DNA of 63,934 bases, counting the filler, from Licmophora abbreviata (taxonomy: Eukaryota), in assembly GCA_900291995.1 (NCBI GenBank). It is 13 parts of 13 records of this genome, joined end to end, with 100 filler letters (N's around TTAATTAATTAA, not from the genome) between each part and the next. Parts side by side here need not be neighbours in the genome. Positions count along the whole stretch, not along the records: positions 1 to 20,021 come from OLMU01001437.1; 12 more parts are not named here. One strand, given 5' to 3'. Shown in pieces: positions 1-12,483 of the stretch. Both the position numbers and the translations under genes were made by a program. The notes below the pieces were generated by a model that ran no database searches, was not told the origin of the DNA, and worked only from the letters and a program-made list of their open reading frames with translations. Positions within the stretch are counted from its first letter, which is position 1. Every line of letters starts with the position of its first letter.

Positions 1-1814
1 TCTACGCAGGCTCGTTTTGGCACCAATTTTCGAAGTCTATCGTCGGCAAGCAAGAAGACCCCGGCCAAAACAAATAAGCCGGTGACCGGGACTGCTGGTC
101 GCATCGTGCTACATCAGACATCTGGCAAAGATGGCAAGGCTGGGTCGCTCAATCTCTGCGTTGGATGCGGTACCGAAGTTGTAAAGGGTTCCCGGTCACG
201 CATGGCAGCGGGCGCGGATGCCATTGATAAAACGCGAAGCAAAACCCAGGCAAAAAAGGCTCGTTACGTCGATAGCACGGACGTCACTGGCAGTAATTTT
301 CTTTGTGAGCGTTGCAAGGCGTTGAAGAGTGACAACATCTGGAAGGCCTATGATGCGTTGAGGGATGTGCCGCCAAAGGTCTTCTCCGATCAACTGAAAC
401 ATATCGTGTCGCGACGTAGATTCGGTCTCTGTATCTTGGTGGTGGACGCTACTGACTCTGAGCATACTGCAGTGAAGAGGCTGCGAGACGCAATCGGGTC
501 CACGCCTGTCATCTTGGTGCTCAATAAGATTGATTTGCTTCCAAGGATGACTCGACTAGATCAGCGTTCGATCGCCCGAAAAATTCAGTCGAGCAGTGTT
601 CGATTTGAGGACTCGTTTGCTGTGAGTGCCGCCACAGGCGCTGGTCTTGTGGCACTAGCCGTGCGCATTCTCAGTAGGCTGGGGGGTCGAGACATCTTTG
701 TCGTCGGGTCGGCGAACGTTGGAAAATCGAGTCTGGTGAAGGAGCTATCCGCTCACATTGCAAATACGGTTCGATTGAAGGGAACGAGCAAGCAAGCAGC
801 CAGGCGACGAGATTCTACTAACGGTTTGAAGGTTACAGGATCGAATCTACCCGGAACAACGCTGCAGGCGGTGCGTGTCCCTTGCTTTCCATCTCGCCAA
901 CATGCCATGTGGGTAAGTTATGCTAACGAGACAAGAGGATTCGTGTACCGCGATTCGAGTGGCTCACGCTCTTTTTTTGTTTGCACCGTCCTCAGGATAC
1001 TCCTGGCATTATAAATTCAAGAGCCTTACAGTATAACATATTTCCATCGCATTTGATGGAACCGCTCACTCGTCCGCAAGCGATTAGCATCCCGACACGA
1101 GAGAATGAGCTAGTCTCTTTAGTTCGATCGGGTGAGAGCATTCTGGTCGAGGCTGGATGGGTGGATGACAGAAGCGACGACGAGGAGCCGTTCGTTCTAG
1201 CCAGAGTGGATGTAAAGAAAGCGCGGGCGAAAGTGCACACGCAAGCCTTTCTCCATCCATCTCTGAGGGTCCGCGTCGTAGCGACAAGTGAAGCCCCATC
1301 CAAATCAACCGTTCCGCCATCCCACATTGCTACTGTGATTGAACGAATTCGACGGGCCACTGGACGCAAGGAGACTGGTCTTGCAGATCATTACTCCCTG
1401 CCTCTTGCCCCATTCTGTAACAAGGAAATTCCGGAAGGAGAGATGACCGTCGCTGATGACATGTTCGATCAAGCGATTGAGAGATACCGCATTGACATTG
1501 TTTTTGCGAGCTTGGGTTGGATCAACTTTTCCGACACCTCGCAGTATGGCGTCGTTCCGCACTGCGTCACAGGAAGCGTCTTTTCGAAACGACGTCCATT
1601 GTACCCGCTCAATGTTGGTAAATGGATTGAGAGAAACGGAACTCCTGAACTAGAACCTGACAATTGGGATGATGAAAGAGTACAGAACGACATTAAAGCC
1701 GCAGCCAGGGAAGGGAGCCACTCCGATGGCGTTGGTCGCAAGGGAAAAAGAAGACGTGGTGACGATATACATGATGATTGGGATGACGAGGAGTGGAGTG
1801 ATGAGTGGTACTAG
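1..1814 (+). CDS. YqeH/NOA1-like circularly permuted GTPase, 5'-partial; exons <1..912 and 996..1814
   Basis: Zn-finger CVGC...CERC, then G4 NKID, G5 SA, G1 GSANVGKS, G2 PGTT in permuted order. Intron GTAAGT(913)..CTCAG(995) joins W to DTPG (G3). The frame is open from base 1. Confidence 0.88.
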
Positions 1815-1876
1815 AGTATGAGAAGTTGTACGTAAGTTTAAAATCTATAATCAAGTATTCGGATATCAGGTTTCCC

Positions 1877-3451
1877 CTAGCTTCTACTACGGAAGGACGT
1901 GGCTTGTCGCTTGATTGTCAATGGAATAGGCCCCGCTCGTTGTGCTAGTGTTGCCCGCTCAAAATCCAGGGAAGGAACTACGTTCGTCATCAGTTGAGCC
2001 TCTTGTTGCAATAGCACGACCAGAATGAGTTCCATGAGTGACAGAGCCAAGCGCTCCCCAGGGCACTTGTGCGTTCCATGCGAGAAGGTAGTGAGTCTGT
2101 ATTCGCTCACCGGAGAAGCCATGGCAGGGATACTCTTCTTCTGTTTCGTGATTCCATATTCGCCCCATCGAGACAAATCGAACTTTGCTGCGTCCGGTCC
2201 CCAAACCGTTGTGTTGAGATGTGTAGAAATGTGCGGAATGACGATGGTGTCCCCCATTTCAATCGTATAGGTTTGGCCCGACTCCGTATTCAGAGTGAAC
2301 TCACGCTGGGCCGTGCGTATAGCCCCAAGACTGTGCGCCGTCAGACGCATTGTTTCAAGGACACATGTACGTAGCGTGTTCGCCTGCAGCATCAAGGCTG
2401 TGGTGATGTTCCCAGTGCTTTCGAATGTGCTCCAAACCCTGCGTGCCTCGTCCTTTGCTTCTTGTCGTTGTTGCAGCGTTGCATCGCTTTCAAGAAAGCA
2501 TAGACACTGGGATGATCCAATGGCAACATTTTTGTGTACTGCGAACATCAATCCTACAATCAATTCGGCAGCGTCACGAGATGAAATGTGTTGCGACCGA
2601 AACTCGCGTAGCCATACACCCAGTACTTTGCTCTTGTCGCTCCACGCCAGTTCGATACGAGACATCAATCTTTCCACGAGCTGCTGTCTTTGACGTTCGA
2701 CAGGTCGTAGAAAGAAGGGAACAGATACCCACTTGGGCAATATGGCAGCCTTGGCTGTGGCGTCCTCCAAAGTATCTTGAAACTTCATGAAATCGTCCAA
2801 CATGTCGTCGCTATCCACCAAGAGCGAGGAAGCCACCAGTTGTCCCAACGTAGCCCGAAGTGTACACCGACGGACCAATGTAAACAAGTCGGGAACTTGC
2901 AAAGTATCATCCTTTGATATCGAACCAGCTCCCCATCGCTTGAGAAGCTCGTGTTCTAGTGAATCGCTCAGTGCCCCCAATAACGGTGAGAGCATTTCCG
3001 CTTCACTTCCATACACATGGTCCTTCAATATTCGTTTGTGCCAGTCCGTTCCCGTATACACATTGAGATTTCCAAGAGTCTACTCGAATCCGATGTCGGC
3101 GATGGCCTGTCGCGCCGACAAGGTCGATTCGGGGCACGTCGCCACTTGTTTGGATGCCGCCGCGTCGGATCCCACGACAATCATTTTTCTTCCAGCTAAA
3201 TTGATAGTAAAGATGGGCCCATTTTGTTGTTCTTGATGACAAAGGAATGATACGGGATCTTTTTGATAGGCCAAGGCGTGTCCCAATAGGGGCACAGCGC
3301 CCGTGGCAACCGGTGGGGTGTGGCGTCGTCTGTTGGTTCGAAGAGACGAGTAGAGGCACCGAGCAAGAAGTAAACAAGCCAGTGTCGCAAGCATCGATGC
3401 GCCTGTCCATCCGGATAGCACATACTGTTGGAACAATGAATCAGGAATCAT
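1877..3451 (-). pseudogene. Cytochrome P450 (CYP51/CYP7/CYP8-like) interrupted by one in-frame TAG at 3080-3082; null allele, pseudogene or base-call error
   Basis: N-terminal membrane anchor and PP..G..P.LGH hinge, ExxR (ETMR), heme motif FSHGTHKCPG. ORFs 3080..3451 and 1877..3061 share a frame: ADIGFE*TLGNLNVYTG. Confidence 0.8.
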
Positions 3452-3649
3452 CGGGTGTCAATGGATGAGTTCAGAGTGCTGGGTGTTATCGTCATGCATG
3501 CATTTCATCTGCATCGGAAAAAAGTGAGCAGAAAAAGCTCTCCAACTTTTGCCGTACCCCGAGAGGATGGGTGCGCGGGTTCTGTTCAGTTCGAAATTCC
3601 ACATTCCATACGCAGCGCGATGATCCTCACAAAACTCTCTCCGTCGACC

Positions 3650-4711
3650 ATGACGCGACTGCTCTCCCTCTTCATGTCCGCCTTTTTGGTTCGATCGTCC
3701 GTAGCCTTTGTCGCTCGCCGGTCCCCTAGGACTCATGCTCCTCGATATTCTGCTGTCCTCCGAATGATGTCATCGTCGTCGACACACACCGCCGACTCTC
3801 TCCTACTCCACAAGACACTCGTCGGTGTCGAAGATGCCAGGAACGCACAAGCTTCAGGTTTCCACGACGTCAAGTTCGTCGACGGCTCGTGGTTTCTAAA
3901 AGGCCGCAACGCCCGCGACGAGTACGAACGTGGTCCCCGCATACCCCATGCCGTCTACTTTGACATTGATCGAATTGCCACTACAACGACATCTACTGCT
4001 AAGAATCTACCCCACATGATGCCCAGTCGACACCTCTTTGCGACATGCATGGACGCCTTGGATATTCGCAACAGTGATCATTTGATAGTGTATGCTTCTC
4101 AAGACTGCATGTTTCTTCATCGGGCATGGATTCAGATACTTTCCATGGGACACGATCGGGCGCGCGTGCACTTGATGCAGGGCTCGTTGGAGGACTGGAA
4201 ACAGGCAGGAGGGCCTTTGGAAGAGGGTCAAAGAAGCGCGCTGGATCCCGATGCGCTGGACTTGTCTGTGTCAAGTAGCTATGTGGCAACCGATCCTCAG
4301 AATGTTATGAGTTTACAAGAAATGAAGGAAATTGTCGAATCCCAGAGTGACATTGTCGTAGATGTGAGAGCCCGAGAACGATTCTTGGGACAAGTCGAGG
4401 AGCCGCGTCCGAACCTGCGATTGGGACACATGCCAGGGGCATTCAACATTCCGTTTCTCGATTTGCTAAATCCCGAGAATGTGGTGCAGTTCAAGTCGGA
4501 ATCTGAACTTCGAGATGTCTTTGCGAGCGCAGGGTTGGACATTGACACGGAACAGCGAATTGTAGCATCGTGTGGGAGTGGCGCGACAGCCTGTGCTTTG
4601 GCCGGGGCGCTCCTCGTGTGTGGACGCGATCCGGCCAAGACTTGTATTTACGACGGAAGCTGGATGGATTGGGGGTCGGAAACCGATACTCCAGTTGTAA
4701 AAGACGAGTAG
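3650..4711 (+). CDS. 3-mercaptopyruvate/thiosulfate sulfurtransferase (tandem rhodanese), probably plastid-targeted
   Basis: Motifs VDGSW, RIPHAVYFDID, HMMP, DVRARERF.G...EPR, GHMPGA, active loop CGSGATAC, YDGSWMDW. The N-terminus is a signal peptide ending SSVA-F followed by an Arg/Ser-rich transit-like segment. The start could instead be the ATG at 3620. Confidence 0.92.
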   Translation: MTRLLSLFMSAFLVRSSVAFVARRSPRTHAPRYSAVLRMMSSSSTHTADSLLLHKTLVGVEDARNAQASGFHDVKFVDGSWFLKGRNARDEYERGPRIPHAVYFDIDRIATTTTSTAKNLPHMMPSRHLFATCMDALDIRNSDHLIVYASQDCMFLHRAWIQILSMGHDRARVHLMQGSLEDWKQAGGPLEEGQRSALDPDALDLSVSSSYVATDPQNVMSLQEMKEIVESQSDIVVDVRARERFLGQVEEPRPNLRLGHMPGAFNIPFLDLLNPENVVQFKSESELRDVFASAGLDIDTEQRIVASCGSGATACALAGALLVCGRDPAKTCIYDGSWMDWGSETDTPVVKDE

Positions 4712-4738
4712 TCGATAGCAGTTACAAGAAGTGTGCTC

Positions 4739-6682
4739 CTACAGTAGACCTTGTCGCGCCAAATCTTCGTACGTGGCCCTTGACAAAACATTCCCATTCG
4801 AGTCCTCGTACTCTTCTTCCGTGATGCCATCAAACTGGTCATTATCCAGCGTCGCTTCGAGTGTTTTCCACAACTGCTGGGCATCTTCAATCTTGGTCAC
4901 CCCGTGAAAGTGCTGCGTGTTGGGGATCCCGAGACACTTCATGCCGAACGCATGTTTTGCTTCTGCAAAGTGCTTCTCAAAGTTTCGCCGTCCCCGATAC
5001 GACTCGTTTCCACAAATCTCACATGGATAAAAGTGGTTGAGCCCGTGGAGCTTGAAAAGCCAGTACGGGATGGGTTTGCCATCCCAGCCGAGTGGAACTC
5101 CCTTTGGATTGTAAATGGGGGTCTCGTCTTCGTCCTCCGAGTCATCGCCGCCTTTTGCTTCCTTGTCAATTTGGACTTCTGCTCCGTGAAGCTCCTCTGC
5201 GAGTTCTTGGTCGCGTTCATTGAGCGTCTGCGTCTCCCGTCGCTCAGATCGACGAAGGGTGGCCTCTAACGTCGGCCTCAACTGGTCCAGCAATGCAGTC
5301 ACCACTGCTTCTTGCCGGGCCACATCAACTCGGCGTTCTCCAGTGGATCCAATCCCAGAGTCGGAGGTGTTTTTCGCGGTCTTTGCAAACAGTTTCTTGG
5401 GCAGTTCATCCAATGGCGTATCTTTTGTAAGGAACAGCCTCTTTGCTCGATCTAACGGAGTACCGCCGCACTTGAGCCCCAGTCGCGAAAGTTCCGTCTT
5501 GAGGGCATCGCCTCCAAGTCCCTCTTCCAATGCCTTGGCCGACTTGTACTCCGACAAATCGACCCCAGCGTCACTGGATGCATCGTCGGCCCAAGACGCC
5601 TCGGCTGCTTTGGCCTCCCATCCGGTGGCACCCCCCGTCTGACGCCACTGCTCGGCAAACTCCTTTAACGCCGGTCCTCGGATGTCTTCTAGTTTCAAAA
5701 GCGGACATGTACGTTTTAAAAACCCCTCTAGATAGTCCCGCAGCTTGGTCAAGAACCTACCGTATCGTTTTCGTTCCTTGAGCTTATCCGCTTCCGGCAT
5801 GCAAAACGCGAGTCCTTGGCTCAGACGGAGTAAGAAGTCGTGCAGGTTCGTGTCTTCTGTGTTTTGGAATACCGGAAACGACTCCATTACGGAATGCAAG
5901 TCCAAATACTTTCCCAATACTTCTTCCGGGGTAAAGAAGGAATCGTCCAAGAGCGGCGCCACGTCTTGCCTCACGACACTGGCCAGATCGTAACCATCCG
6001 CGACGGGATTTCCCACCTTTTGGCGCTTCGATACGAATCCTGCCGACGGAACAACTACATCATGACGGGCATGATAAGAACGCAGCTCCTGCAATTGATC
6101 GTCCAGTATGGTCCTCCACGTGTCCTTGTCACTCCCATCCAAGAGTAGTTTTTGTTTGTGCAGCGCAGAGCCCTGACGCTTCCGACGGATTGTTTCCGAC
6201 AGATTCGTAGTACGAGACAACGCTGTGTGTAGTATTTGGGTGTGAATCGCCTTTCCCAGTTGTCCATGTCCCATTGTAAAGTCATGTGATTTGTTGTTTG
6301 CAATAGTATCGGTGGTTGCAGACACAACGCGTGATGCTGCAAGCATACTGTTGCTAGTAGCAGTCTTGCCGTCTTGACTGGAGGCATCAGATACTACCGC
6401 GAGAGCATCCTGCACAGCTCCAGGAAGCGATGATACATCTGCAGTCGTTGAAGAAGCAGGAGAATACCCCAGCAGAAACGAGGACAAGAGGAGCGAAGCT
6501 TCCCGTTCGGCTTCTAGGCATCGCGCCTCTTCGAGAGTCGTCGCGGCATGGACGAGAGTTTCCTTGACCTGTGGATCGACCACGGCCGGACTCAGAGGGG
6601 GAGGTGGTGGTGGTGGAGGTGGAAGAGCGGCACTGCTCGGAGGAGGTGGAGGAGGAGGGAACGATCCCGTCGAGTTCATCAT
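4739..6682 (-). CDS. SF3A3: Splicing factor 3A subunit 3 (Prp9)
   Basis: F..EE..GKYLDL, SAP-like LK.EL..LGLKCGGT...RA.RLF, YNPKGVPLGWDGKPIPYWLFKLHGL, matrin-type Zn finger CEICGN..Y.GRR.FEKHF.E.KH, C-terminal EEYEDS.GNV....YEDL.RQGLL. Confidence 0.96.
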   Translation of the reverse strand: MMNSTGSFPPPPPPPSSAALPPPPPPPPPLSPAVVDPQVKETLVHAATTLEEARCLEAEREASLLLSSFLLGYSPASSTTADVSSLPGAVQDALAVVSDASSQDGKTATSNSMLAASRVVSATTDTIANNKSHDFTMGHGQLGKAIHTQILHTALSRTTNLSETIRRKRQGSALHKQKLLLDGSDKDTWRTILDDQLQELRSYHARHDVVVPSAGFVSKRQKVGNPVADGYDLASVVRQDVAPLLDDSFFTPEEVLGKYLDLHSVMESFPVFQNTEDTNLHDFLLRLSQGLAFCMPEADKLKERKRYGRFLTKLRDYLEGFLKRTCPLLKLEDIRGPALKEFAEQWRQTGGATGWEAKAAEASWADDASSDAGVDLSEYKSAKALEEGLGGDALKTELSRLGLKCGGTPLDRAKRLFLTKDTPLDELPKKLFAKTAKNTSDSGIGSTGERRVDVARQEAVVTALLDQLRPTLEATLRRSERRETQTLNERDQELAEELHGAEVQIDKEAKGGDDSEDEDETPIYNPKGVPLGWDGKPIPYWLFKLHGLNHFYPCEICGNESYRGRRNFEKHFAEAKHAFGMKCLGIPNTQHFHGVTKIEDAQQLWKTLEATLDNDQFDGITEEEYEDSNGNVLSRATYEDLARQGLL

Positions 6683-6972
6683 GGTCAACACACGAGGATG
6701 ACGGCGACGAGACAAAAAAACACTGATGGCCTTTGAAATCGGTGGCGGATGTGGACACAGGGAATTTGGAATTTCAATAAAGTATACTGCAAAAACTAAA
6801 AATGAGAACTCCAAGAATGTCACGCAGAATATTTTCAATTTTGGAAAAATGTCTATTTGTTAGTCACACACACCCATCCAACTCCACGGCTGCGACGAGA
6901 GAGACGACGAGAGTGTTTCGAAGGTGTTCCTTCGTCGATACAGGGCCATAAAGAGAAGATCGGACTCGTAGT

Positions 6973-9900
6973 ATGGCTCCGAAAGGCGGGGATGGCGATG
7001 AGGCCAAGGATGAGGCGATTCAGAGCCTTCTCCGGCTCTGTGCAGAGTACGTCGTCGCCATGAATCTTTCGAGTATCTTTGTCTCGGTATCGCTCACACT
7101 TCTTCTTTGTTTTCTTGTTTTCAATGAAAAAGGAACCAGGTGAGCGTTCCTCCATGGATGAAAGCCCACCTCTTGGGAGAAGAGTTCACTGAAGAAGACA
7201 TGGAACGGCTGCCCCTCATTGAGGGCCTGCTGGACGAACACCAAGCTTCTGTTTTGGAAGAGACGGAAGAAGAAAACAAGCTTGCGGCCGAAATGAGGGA
7301 GATTATGAACATTCTCAAGGCAAAGCGGCAGTCTCTGGAGCTGCGTATTCAGGACGGATCGTACACCGTGACAAACTTTTTCGTGGACGATGGACATGTC
7401 ACGACCAACAACAACACGGAGGATGAGGAGGAGGAGGGAAGAAAGAAGAAGAAGAAAGGGCCCAAGGTTGACACAGTTTACAACCTTAGTGTTGCTGGCA
7501 AACTGGCAGAGAAGATCAAGAACCTAATCAAGACTGGAAAGTGCACCGTCAAGAAGAGATCGGAAACCAAGGTCATTCTCAACAATGTCAATCTCCGCTT
7601 TCAGCCTGGAAAGATGTATCTGGTTCTTGGCGTTCCGGGAGCTGGAAAGTCGACCTTGCTCAAGATGATTGCCAATATTCTGCCCCAAAATCGAAATCAT
7701 GTGATCGATGGAAGTGTGTCGATTAACGGTGTCACTCCCAACGACAAGGACGTCTTTTGGTCGGTACGTATAGTGTGCGACATCAGGCGATTTTTGGAAC
7801 GAATTTTTTCACAACTCAAATAATGCCTTGCTTCGTCCTACATAGAACCTGGTCATGTACATTGATCAGATTGACCGTCTTCATTCCTACCTCACAGTTC
7901 GTGAGACCTTGGAGTTCGCGTGGAGGTGCCGATCCGGGGGAACGCACGCGAAGCCCTTTTATGACATGGACGACCCAGAAGTACAGAAACATATTGCGCA
8001 AATGGACAAGGATCTGTTTCTTATGAACCGCGTGATGGAGGGGCTTGGCATTGCACGAGTCGAAGACACATTTGTTGGAGACAATACCAATGTGCGCGGT
8101 GTGAGTGGTGGTGAAAAGAAACGTGTCACGGTTGCCGAAATGATATGTACTGGTGCTCCTATTGGTTGCTATGACGAGATGAGCACCGGACTTGATTGTA
8201 AGTTCCAAGAGTCTCATGATGGTGGGTGGTTTTATGTTCGCGAATGTACCTCACTTGCTCTTCTATTTTGTTTCAAGCCGCCACGACGTTCGACATTGTC
8301 GAGCTCATGGGCAAGGTCACGAGACTGTCCAACACCGTGAAAATTGTTTCGCTCCTAGCTCCACCACCCGAAACCGTGTCGTTGTTTGACGAGGTCATTC
8401 TGCTCGACGCAGGTCGAGTGATCTACAGTGGGCCCACCCAGGAGGTGATCGGTCACTTTGCGTCGCTGGGCTACCAGATTCCAGATCGAATGGACATGGC
8501 GGATTGGCTCGTGGTACGTAGTTAGTCCTCGTACGCGGTCGGAAGGGGGGAAATCTTCTTGCTGTTTGCTCACACTTGTATCGCACTGAAATTTAGGCTT
8601 TGCCAACCTCGGATGGTCAAGCTTTTCTCCTAGACAAGGAGAGTAAGCATTTGACGGCTGAAGAGTTTGAGGAGAAGTATAGGTCCACGACCGTGGCAGC
8701 GAACTTGAAGAAGACACTCAGTGGCCCGGTTGACAACGCGGAAGTTGGCGACTTTGTCAAAGTTCAGTATCATAACCCCTGGTATACGTCCCTCAAACTC
8801 CTGATCAGCAGGGAGTTGACTCTCTGGTGGCGAGATAAGTATCAGGTCAAAGCCCGAATTATGCAAGGTAATCAGTCCGGTTTGTGCCTTGTCCGTTCTC
8901 GCGTCTTCATTCTGCAACCACGCCCTGACCCCGAGTGCTCGCTGCTATACATGCAGACCTTGTAATGGGAATTATTGCTGGGACGGTTTTCTGGCAGGCA
9001 CACGATGACCCTCAGTCTCTCATGGGCGTTTTATTCCAAGCTTGTAAGTTTCTCTCTTGAGTGTGCTCACCAATACGTGTTCGAGAGTTTCATCTGCTAA
9101 ACTACTCTTCGCCGACAGTGTTCTTCGTTTGCCTTGGAGCCATGATGAAAGTGCCTACACAGTTCCAACCGCGTAGTGTCTTCTACAAGCAGCAGGACGC
9201 CAATTTCTTCCCGACATGGAGCTTTGTGCTTGGGCGTAGCATCGCGGGTTTTCCGACGTCACTCATTGACGGACTCTTGTTCGGGACCATCATCTATTGG
9301 TTTGTTGGCCTTGCCCACAACGACGGGGCTTCCGTAGCCAACTATTTTATCTTCGTGTTAGTCATCCTGGCTGCTTCGTTTGCAGCTGGGTTGTCCTTCA
9401 GTATTTTCTCCGCGATTATGAAGGACAAGCCATCAGCTCAAGCCTCCATGTCTGTCGCAATGATTGTCCTAGTTCTGTTCTCGGGGTTCACTGTGCAGCC
9501 AGATGTTATCCCAGATTATTGGATTTGGGTCTACTGGATGAATCTCTTTGCTTGGGGACTTCGAGCGCTGGTCGTGAACGAATTTCAGAGCGGCAAGTAT
9601 GATGAGGTGGAGCCGAACGGGTTAACTCAAGGAGAAAACATTCTTGACTTGTTTGGATTCAAGCTCAATGGCGAAGCATTCGAGTTTGAATGGGTCTGGT
9701 GAGTGGCGTTTTTCGGCAAAGAATCAAATTGTACGGTTCCTGCCTAGACTAACATACCATTGCGGGATTTTTCGCACTCCTCGCAGGTATGGGATCTTGT
9801 TCTGTGTGGGAATCTCGATCATCTCGATCTTGCTGTCGGTGTTCTTTCTTTCAACGCTGCGGTTTGAAACAGGCTTAAGCCTGGACAGGGGCACCGAGGA

Positions 9901-12363
9901 CGACGACGAGGAGGACGATGTAGTACGGGAAGACGTGGAAATCCCGTTTCAGAAAGTCAACTTGACATTCGAGAATATTCACTACACGGTCAAGTCGTCA
10001 ATCTCGAACGAGAATATTGAACTTCTTAAAGGAATAGATGGCTTCGTTGAGTCGGGGAAGATGACAGCTCTGATGGGGTCGTCGGGAGCGGGTACGTTTT
10101 GATGTCTACCGCCATGTTGTTTGATTGTATGCTTGTTTCTCAAGTAGTGCTTTGGGGTTCGCAGGCAAGACGACGTTAATGGATGTGCTTGCTCTTCGAA
10201 AGTCAAGCGGGGAGATTGTTGGCGAGGTCCGTCTGAACGGTCACCTACAGGATGCCCAATCTTTTCGCCGTTGCACGGGATACGTTGAACAGGTACGCAT
10301 TGCTTTGTTTCTGTGGAGAGAAGAAGCGGCCTTTGTTGCTTATCCAGTTTGTCCTCCCATTAACGATAGTTCGACGAGCAATCACCGGGATTGACTATTC
10401 TGGAGACCGTCCAATTCTCAGCGAGGCTTCGCCTTGAAGAGACTGACCCAGCAGTGACACCGGAGAGCACGGAGAGTTTCATCAATCAGACGTTGGACAT
10501 GCTCGAACTTACTTCAATTCAGAATCTGCAGGTCGGGTCAGATTTGACTGGCGGTCTGTCGTTTGAGCAGAAGAAGCGCCTCTCCATTGCTGTCGAGGTG
10601 GTCGCAAATCCATCGATTCTCTTCTTGGTAGGAATGGTCTCGTTCCGTAGTGACATCGGCAGGATTCTTTTCTGACCACTCCCCTTCGTCTGTTTGTATT
10701 AGGATGAACCGACGAGCGGCCTTGACAGTCGCGCTGCCAGTATTGTGATGAGAGGCTTGAAAAGGATCGCCTTAACAGGACGAGCCGTGTGCGCTACTAT
10801 TCATCAGCCGTCGATTGCCGTCTTCAGTTCATTTGACTCGCTCCTGCTTCTAAAGCGCGGCGGTGAAACCGTATTCTTTGGCGAGCTAGGGGAAAGCTCA
10901 AAGTTGCTGATCGAGTATCTCGAACGGTATCCCGACACACCAAAGATTCTGCCGGGTGAGAACCCAGCCACATGGATGCTCCAAGTAGTCGGAGCCGGCA
11001 ACAGCGCCACGGGAGGTAAACCGCTTGACTATGCATCAAGCTATGCGGCTTCGAAGCTGCGAGAACAGAATCGAGAAGAAATCCTTAGATTCTGTGGAGA
11101 GGCAGAGGAGAGCAATTTGGTGTCTTTCCCCAACAAGTACGCGACCAGCAAGAGAACTCAGAACAAGGCAGTTCTCAACCGAATTATGACGATCTACTGG
11201 AGGTCACCAAGCTATAATCTCGTGCGGCTTGTCGTATCAGGGATCGTCGCCCTCCTTTTTGGTAAGAGATTTGCTTTGAGCCACTGCTCATGGAAATACG
11301 CTGTGTTCATGTGCTCAATCACCCTATCCTTTTTTTAGGGAGCGTTTATCTCAGCCAGCGAACGCCCTCAAATGAGGCTGACATGAACTCGCGAGTAACT
11401 AGCATCTTCATTACGTCCCTCTTCTTGGGTAAGTTCATTTTGGCGATGGAGCTCACTCGCGAATTTGGAAGCTCATTCGATTGTCGATCTTTCAACTCGC
11501 AGCTGTGAATGCCTACAACACTGTGCTCAGCGTTTTCGAGGTTGAGCGCAACATGTTCTACCGTCACAAGCAGGCACTCATGTACAACGCGAGGTCTGTC
11601 GCCGCATCGTTCACAGTCTCTGAGATCCCGTTCATTCTGCTCTCCAGTATGATTTTCTGTGTCTGCTTCTACTTTCTAGTTGGCTTCGCCACAGATGCCT
11701 CTAAGTTCTTCTGGTATTACTTTTTCATGACTGCGAACCTAGGCCTTTTCACAATGGCTGGGCAGGTAAGTCCAATTGATTCCAGAAATGCATCTGCCTT
11801 CACTACTGATACTCCTTTATGCTTCTCATCATCGCATGTTCCAACTCGAGCAGATGGTTATGTCCCTTGTGCGTGATAGTGTCACTGGACAGGGTTTGGG
11901 AGGAGTTCTCATTGGACTTACGAGCTTGTTCAGCGGTCTCCTCATTCGGCCACAGAACATCCAAGGATTTTGGACTTTCGGTAAGAGGCTGAGGTGTATC
12001 GTTGGCTCTTTGATTGATTTCCCGCCCAAGACTCAAAATGTTCTATTGCTTTCCGTAGCATATTGGTTGATGCCTGGTCACTACGTTCTCGAAGGTCTCA
12101 TTGTTTCGCAGTTCAACAACGACAACACTCCTATTGAGGCCTCCTTCGGATCGGCCTTCTACCAGTTCCTCGTTGAGCAAGGCGACTGTGTTGATGGCGA
12201 TGTGTGCGTGGGCACCTCAGAACAGTGGGTGTTTGTGAGCTTTGGCGGCGAGTTCACGTACGACCATCTGAAGTGGAACTCTCTTTACTTGATTGGCGCA
12301 ATTCTCGTCACTAGGATCATGACGGTCTACGGGTTGATGAAGTTCAGCTTTCTTGCTAACTAA
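6973..12363 (+). CDS. Full-length PDR-type ABCG transporter (NBD-TMD-NBD-TMD), about 14 GT-AG introns
   Basis: Walker [10 protein letters not shown] and GSSGAGKTT, signatures VSGGEKKRV and [31 protein letters not shown], two hydrophobic TMDs. The first exon MAPKGGD... (6973-7046) splices in frame via intron 7047..7132. Confidence 0.95.
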
Positions 12364-12483
12364 GGGTGCCTGTCATCTCTTCCTCTCGGTGTCTTTACTG
12401 ACTGGTCTTAGACGGGTTGGTCCTTAGACGTTAGAATAAGGTAATCGTATAAGGTAATCGTGTATTTGTCTCGGCACTCTGTT

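Noticed and set aside
3080..3082. P450 TAG as pyrrolysine or a reassigned stop codon
   Set aside because: TAG ends many other genes here (for example at 1814, 4711, 26148 and 28312), and Pyl is not known in eukaryotes.
12436..12461. 13-nt direct repeat ATAAGGTAATCGT x2 between convergent genes
   Set aside because: A simple local duplication with no element between the copies.
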